Assembly: GCA_963752595.1 (NCBI GenBank)
Contig: CAVVYZ010000013.1
Coordinates: 128,001-192,000 of the forward strand
Direction of reading: 5' to 3'
DNA: 64,000 nt
From: an uncultured delta proteobacterium
GTDB taxonomy: Bacteria; Desulfobacterota; Desulfomonilia; UBA1062
Under the pieces are notes generated by a model. That model worked only from the letters and a program-made list of their open reading frames with translations. It was not told where the DNA came from and ran no database searches. Numbering within the stretch: position 1 is the stretch's first letter; each line of letters begins with the position of its first letter. Of the stretch, positions 60,924 to 64,000 are shown one piece after another. The position numbers and the translations under genes are program-made.

Positions 60924-63900
60924 GTGAACATGAGCAGTCATACGATCCGTGAGCCTTTGCTCCGCCTGAAGTCGTGCCTTCCGGGAAGGGGCCTTGGGCG
61001 AAATCATGCCGGTGACGAGCCACCGCTGCGGGCGGAGTTATTCAGCGCCGATCAGATGGAGCAACACGGCAAGAACCTGGCGGGTTCACACCAATTGAGT
61101 CCGGGGCGCGCTCCGGATCTGCTGCTGGCGCGGCTGGCTGAGAACGAAGAGGTCCTGCTCGGCGTCCGGAACCTGTTGACCGAGGCGGTTAAGGCAAACC
61201 GCCGGATTACGCCGGCCGGGGAATGGCTGCTCGATAACTTCTACCTGATCGAAGAGCAGATCCGCACCGCCAGAAGGCATCTGCCAAAGGGTTACAGCCG
61301 GGAGCTGCCCCGTTTGATGAATGGTCCCTCGGCCGGCCTTCCGCGTGTGTATGACATTGCGCTGGAGACGATCTCCCACGGCGATGGGCGGGCGGATCCG
61401 GAGAGTCTCAGCCGGTTTGTCGCCGCATACCAGACCGTCATCGCCCTGAAGCTGGGTGAATTGTGGGCCATCCCCATCATGTTGCGCCTGGCGCTGATCG
61501 AGAATCTCCGCCGCATTGCAGCCAGGATCGCTGCGGACAGAATCGACCGTAACCTGGCCGATTATTGGGCGGATCAGATGACGGAGAGCGCCGCGAAGGA
61601 CCCGAAGAACCTGATTCTGGTGATTGCGGACATGGCCAGATCGAATCCGCCGCTTGGTCAGTTCGTTTGTTGCGGAACTGACGCGCCGCCTGCAGGGACA
61701 AGGCCCCGCTCTGGCGTTGCCGCTGACCTGGATCGAGCAGCGACTCTCCGAGTACGGCCAGACCATCAAGCAACTCGTGGATGCGGAGAACCAGCAGCAG
61801 GCCGCCGACCAGGTCTCCATGAGCAACAGCATCGGCAGCCTCCGCTTCCTCGGTGCGATGGACTGGCGGGAGTTCGTCGAGACGATGAGCCTGGTCGATA
61901 AGATTCTGCGTGAGGATCCCGTCGATGTTTACGGCAAGATGGATTTTTCCACCCGTGACCGATACCGCCATGTGGTGGAGAAGATCGCGAAGTTCAGCCT
62001 CTTGTCCGAGGACGAGGTGGCGCGCCTGGCGATCCGGCTTGCCCACGAGGGGGCGGCCGGGAAGGGCGGCGAGGATCGCACGGCCCATGTCGGCTTCTAC
62101 CTGATCGATCAAGGATCGGCCGAGCTTGATCGACTGGCCCAAGTGCGATGGCCGCCCTCCGAAGCCATCCGGAAATGGAGCCGCCGGTTTCCTTTCCTGC
62201 TCTATGGCGGCTCGATCCTCCTGCTGACGCTGCTCTTCACCGGGATGTTGCTGATGAAGGCGCATGCCGGCGGATTGCAGGATTGGCCGCTGGCGCTGAT
62301 CGGACTGCTCCTGCTTTTCGGCACCAGCCATCTGGCGATCGCCTTGGTGAACTGGCTGGCGACGCTTCTGGTCATGCCGCATCCGTTGCCGCGCATGGAC
62401 TTCTCCCAGGGTATCCCGACGCAATTCCGCACCCTGGCCGTGGTCCCGACGATGCTCACCGGCACCGAGAGCATCGCGGAGCTGATCGAGGCGATGGAAG
62501 TCCGGTTCCTTGCCAATCGGGACGACAACCTGCACTTCGCCCTGCTGACCGATTTTCGCGACGCCCCCGCCGAAGCGTTGCCGGAGGACGAAGCCCTGTT
62601 GCGGCTGGCCCAAAAGGGAATCGAAGGCCTGAATATAAAGTACAGCGATCCCAAAGGCGACCGCTTCTTCCTTTTCCATCGCCCGCGCCGATGGAATCCC
62701 CGGGACCGGATCTGGATGGGTTATGAGCGCAAGCGGGGGAAACTTGCGGATTTGAATGCCCTGTTGCGCGGCGAGACACAAGGGGAGTCCGGGGACCGCT
62801 TTTCGCTCGTCGTCGGCGACACGGCCGTTTTATCGAACGTGAAATACGTGATCACCCTGGACACCGATACGCAGTTGCCGCGCGATGCCGCCTGTCAGTT
62901 TGTGGGGGCCATGGCGCACCCGCTCAACCGTCGCCCGATACGACCAGGACCGGGGGCGCGTCTGCGAGGGATACGGGATCCTTCAGCCGCGGGTTGCCGT
63001 GAGCCTGCCCGGCATGAACCGGTCGCGGTATGCGGCGCTGTGCGGGAGCGATCCCGGCATCGATCCCTATACGCGGGCCGTATCCGATGTCTACCAGGAC
63101 CTGTTCGGTGAGGGGTCGTTCATCGGCAAGGGCATCTATGACGTGGATGCCTTCGATCTGGCGCTCAAGGGGCGTTTTCCCGAGAACCGGATCCTCAGCC
63201 ACGATCTTCTGGAAGGGTGTTACGCCCGGGCGGGTCTGTTGAGCGATGTGCAGCTGTACGAGGAGCACCCATCCCGCTACAGTGCGGACGTGAGCCGCCG
63301 TCACCGGTGGATTCGCGGGGATTGGCAGCTCTTCAGATGGCTGCTGCCCGGCGTTCCCGGCCCCGCCGGGCATCTGCAGAAAAATCCGCTCTCCGATTTG
63401 TCCCGGTGGAAGATCCTCGATAATCTGCGGCGTTCTCTCGTGCCCGCGGCGCTGACGTGTTTATTGCTGCTGGGCTGGACTCTCCTGTCGTCGGCCTGGT
63501 TCTGGACCCTCGCGGTGCTCGGGATCATCCTGATTCCCTCGGTGATGACCTCCATCCTGGATGGGCTTCAGAAGCCGGCCGACGTCCTTTTCGGTCAGCA
63601 CCTGGCCGTCGTCCTGAGTTCCGCCGGCAGGCGCTTCGCCCAGGCCGCCTTTACGCTCGTGTGCCTGCCTTACGAGGCGTTTTTCAGCCTGGATGCCATC
63701 CTGCGCACGGCTCTGGCGGATGCTGGTCTCGCACCGGCGGCTTCTCGAATGGAATCCGTCGGGCGACCCGGAACGCAACCGCGGCGACCTGATCGGCGCC
63801 TTTCGGACCCTGTGGTTCGCCCCGGCCCTTGCCGCCGCCACACTCATCACCCTCTGCCTTGGCCAGGCCGGACGCCTTGGGCGTGGCCGTGCCCATCCTG

Positions 63901-64000
63901 CTCCTCTGGTTTTCATCCCCCGCGATCTCCTGGTGGATCAGCCGGCCGCTGGTGCGCCGCGAAGCAAGGCTTTCGAACGGATCAAACCCTCTTTCTCCGG
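60924..64000 (+). CDS. ndvB: Cyclic beta-1,2-glucan synthase (NdvB/Cgs), 5' part, frameshifted, runs off the window
   Basis: PLRAELFS, GEWLLDNFYLIEEQ, LGELWAIPIMLR, MDFSTRDRYR, WMGYERKRGKL, ITLDTDT, FIGKGIYD, LSHDLLEG, RWIRGDWQ. Confidence 0.92.

Noticed and set aside
1-64000. CRISPR arrays, IS/transposases, prophage, defence systems, rRNA
   Set aside because: No repeat-spacer arrays or diagnostic motifs were found by eye in the sequence or the ORF track

Overview
Housekeeping and accessory DNA from an anaerobic deltaproteobacterium-like organism (Desulfobacterota/Syntrophales-like; inferred from rplM-rpsI-argC, dfx-fprA-rubredoxin and sigma-54 regulators). It appears to be several contigs joined end to end: genes are cut near ~38,610 and ~45,790, and possibly ~56,200. 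Patches of single-base frameshifts look like assembly errors. Contents in order: CoA-transferase and FAD oxidase; MEMO1, argC, rpsI, rplM; an HDOD-HisKA protein; ispG-proS-relA; rpmB and tRNA-Leu(GAG); a Fur/PerR-boxed oxidative-stress cluster; def-fmt-rpe-TPR-MlaD-WP-repeat protein; sirtuin, NCS2 permease, aroE, lolA, ftsK, rnj, plsC; two convergent three-gene sigma-54 two-component systems; an Opp/Dpp ABC catabolic cassette; hisD, acyl-CoA ligase, YkvA; and the 5' part of a cyclic beta-1,2-glucan synthase. No CRISPR array, rRNA, transposase, integrase or phage gene was seen. Best leads: (1) three GFEDY motifs exactly 30 aa apart at the C-terminus of an ATPase-less HDOD-HisKA protein; (2) a TPR-MlaD-WP-repeat envelope module; (3) mirror-image kinase/exported-protein/sigma-54-regulator triads; (4) an attenuator-like leader before the glucan synthase; (5) a ~150-nt multi-stem element after rpmB. 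None is a proven new system.
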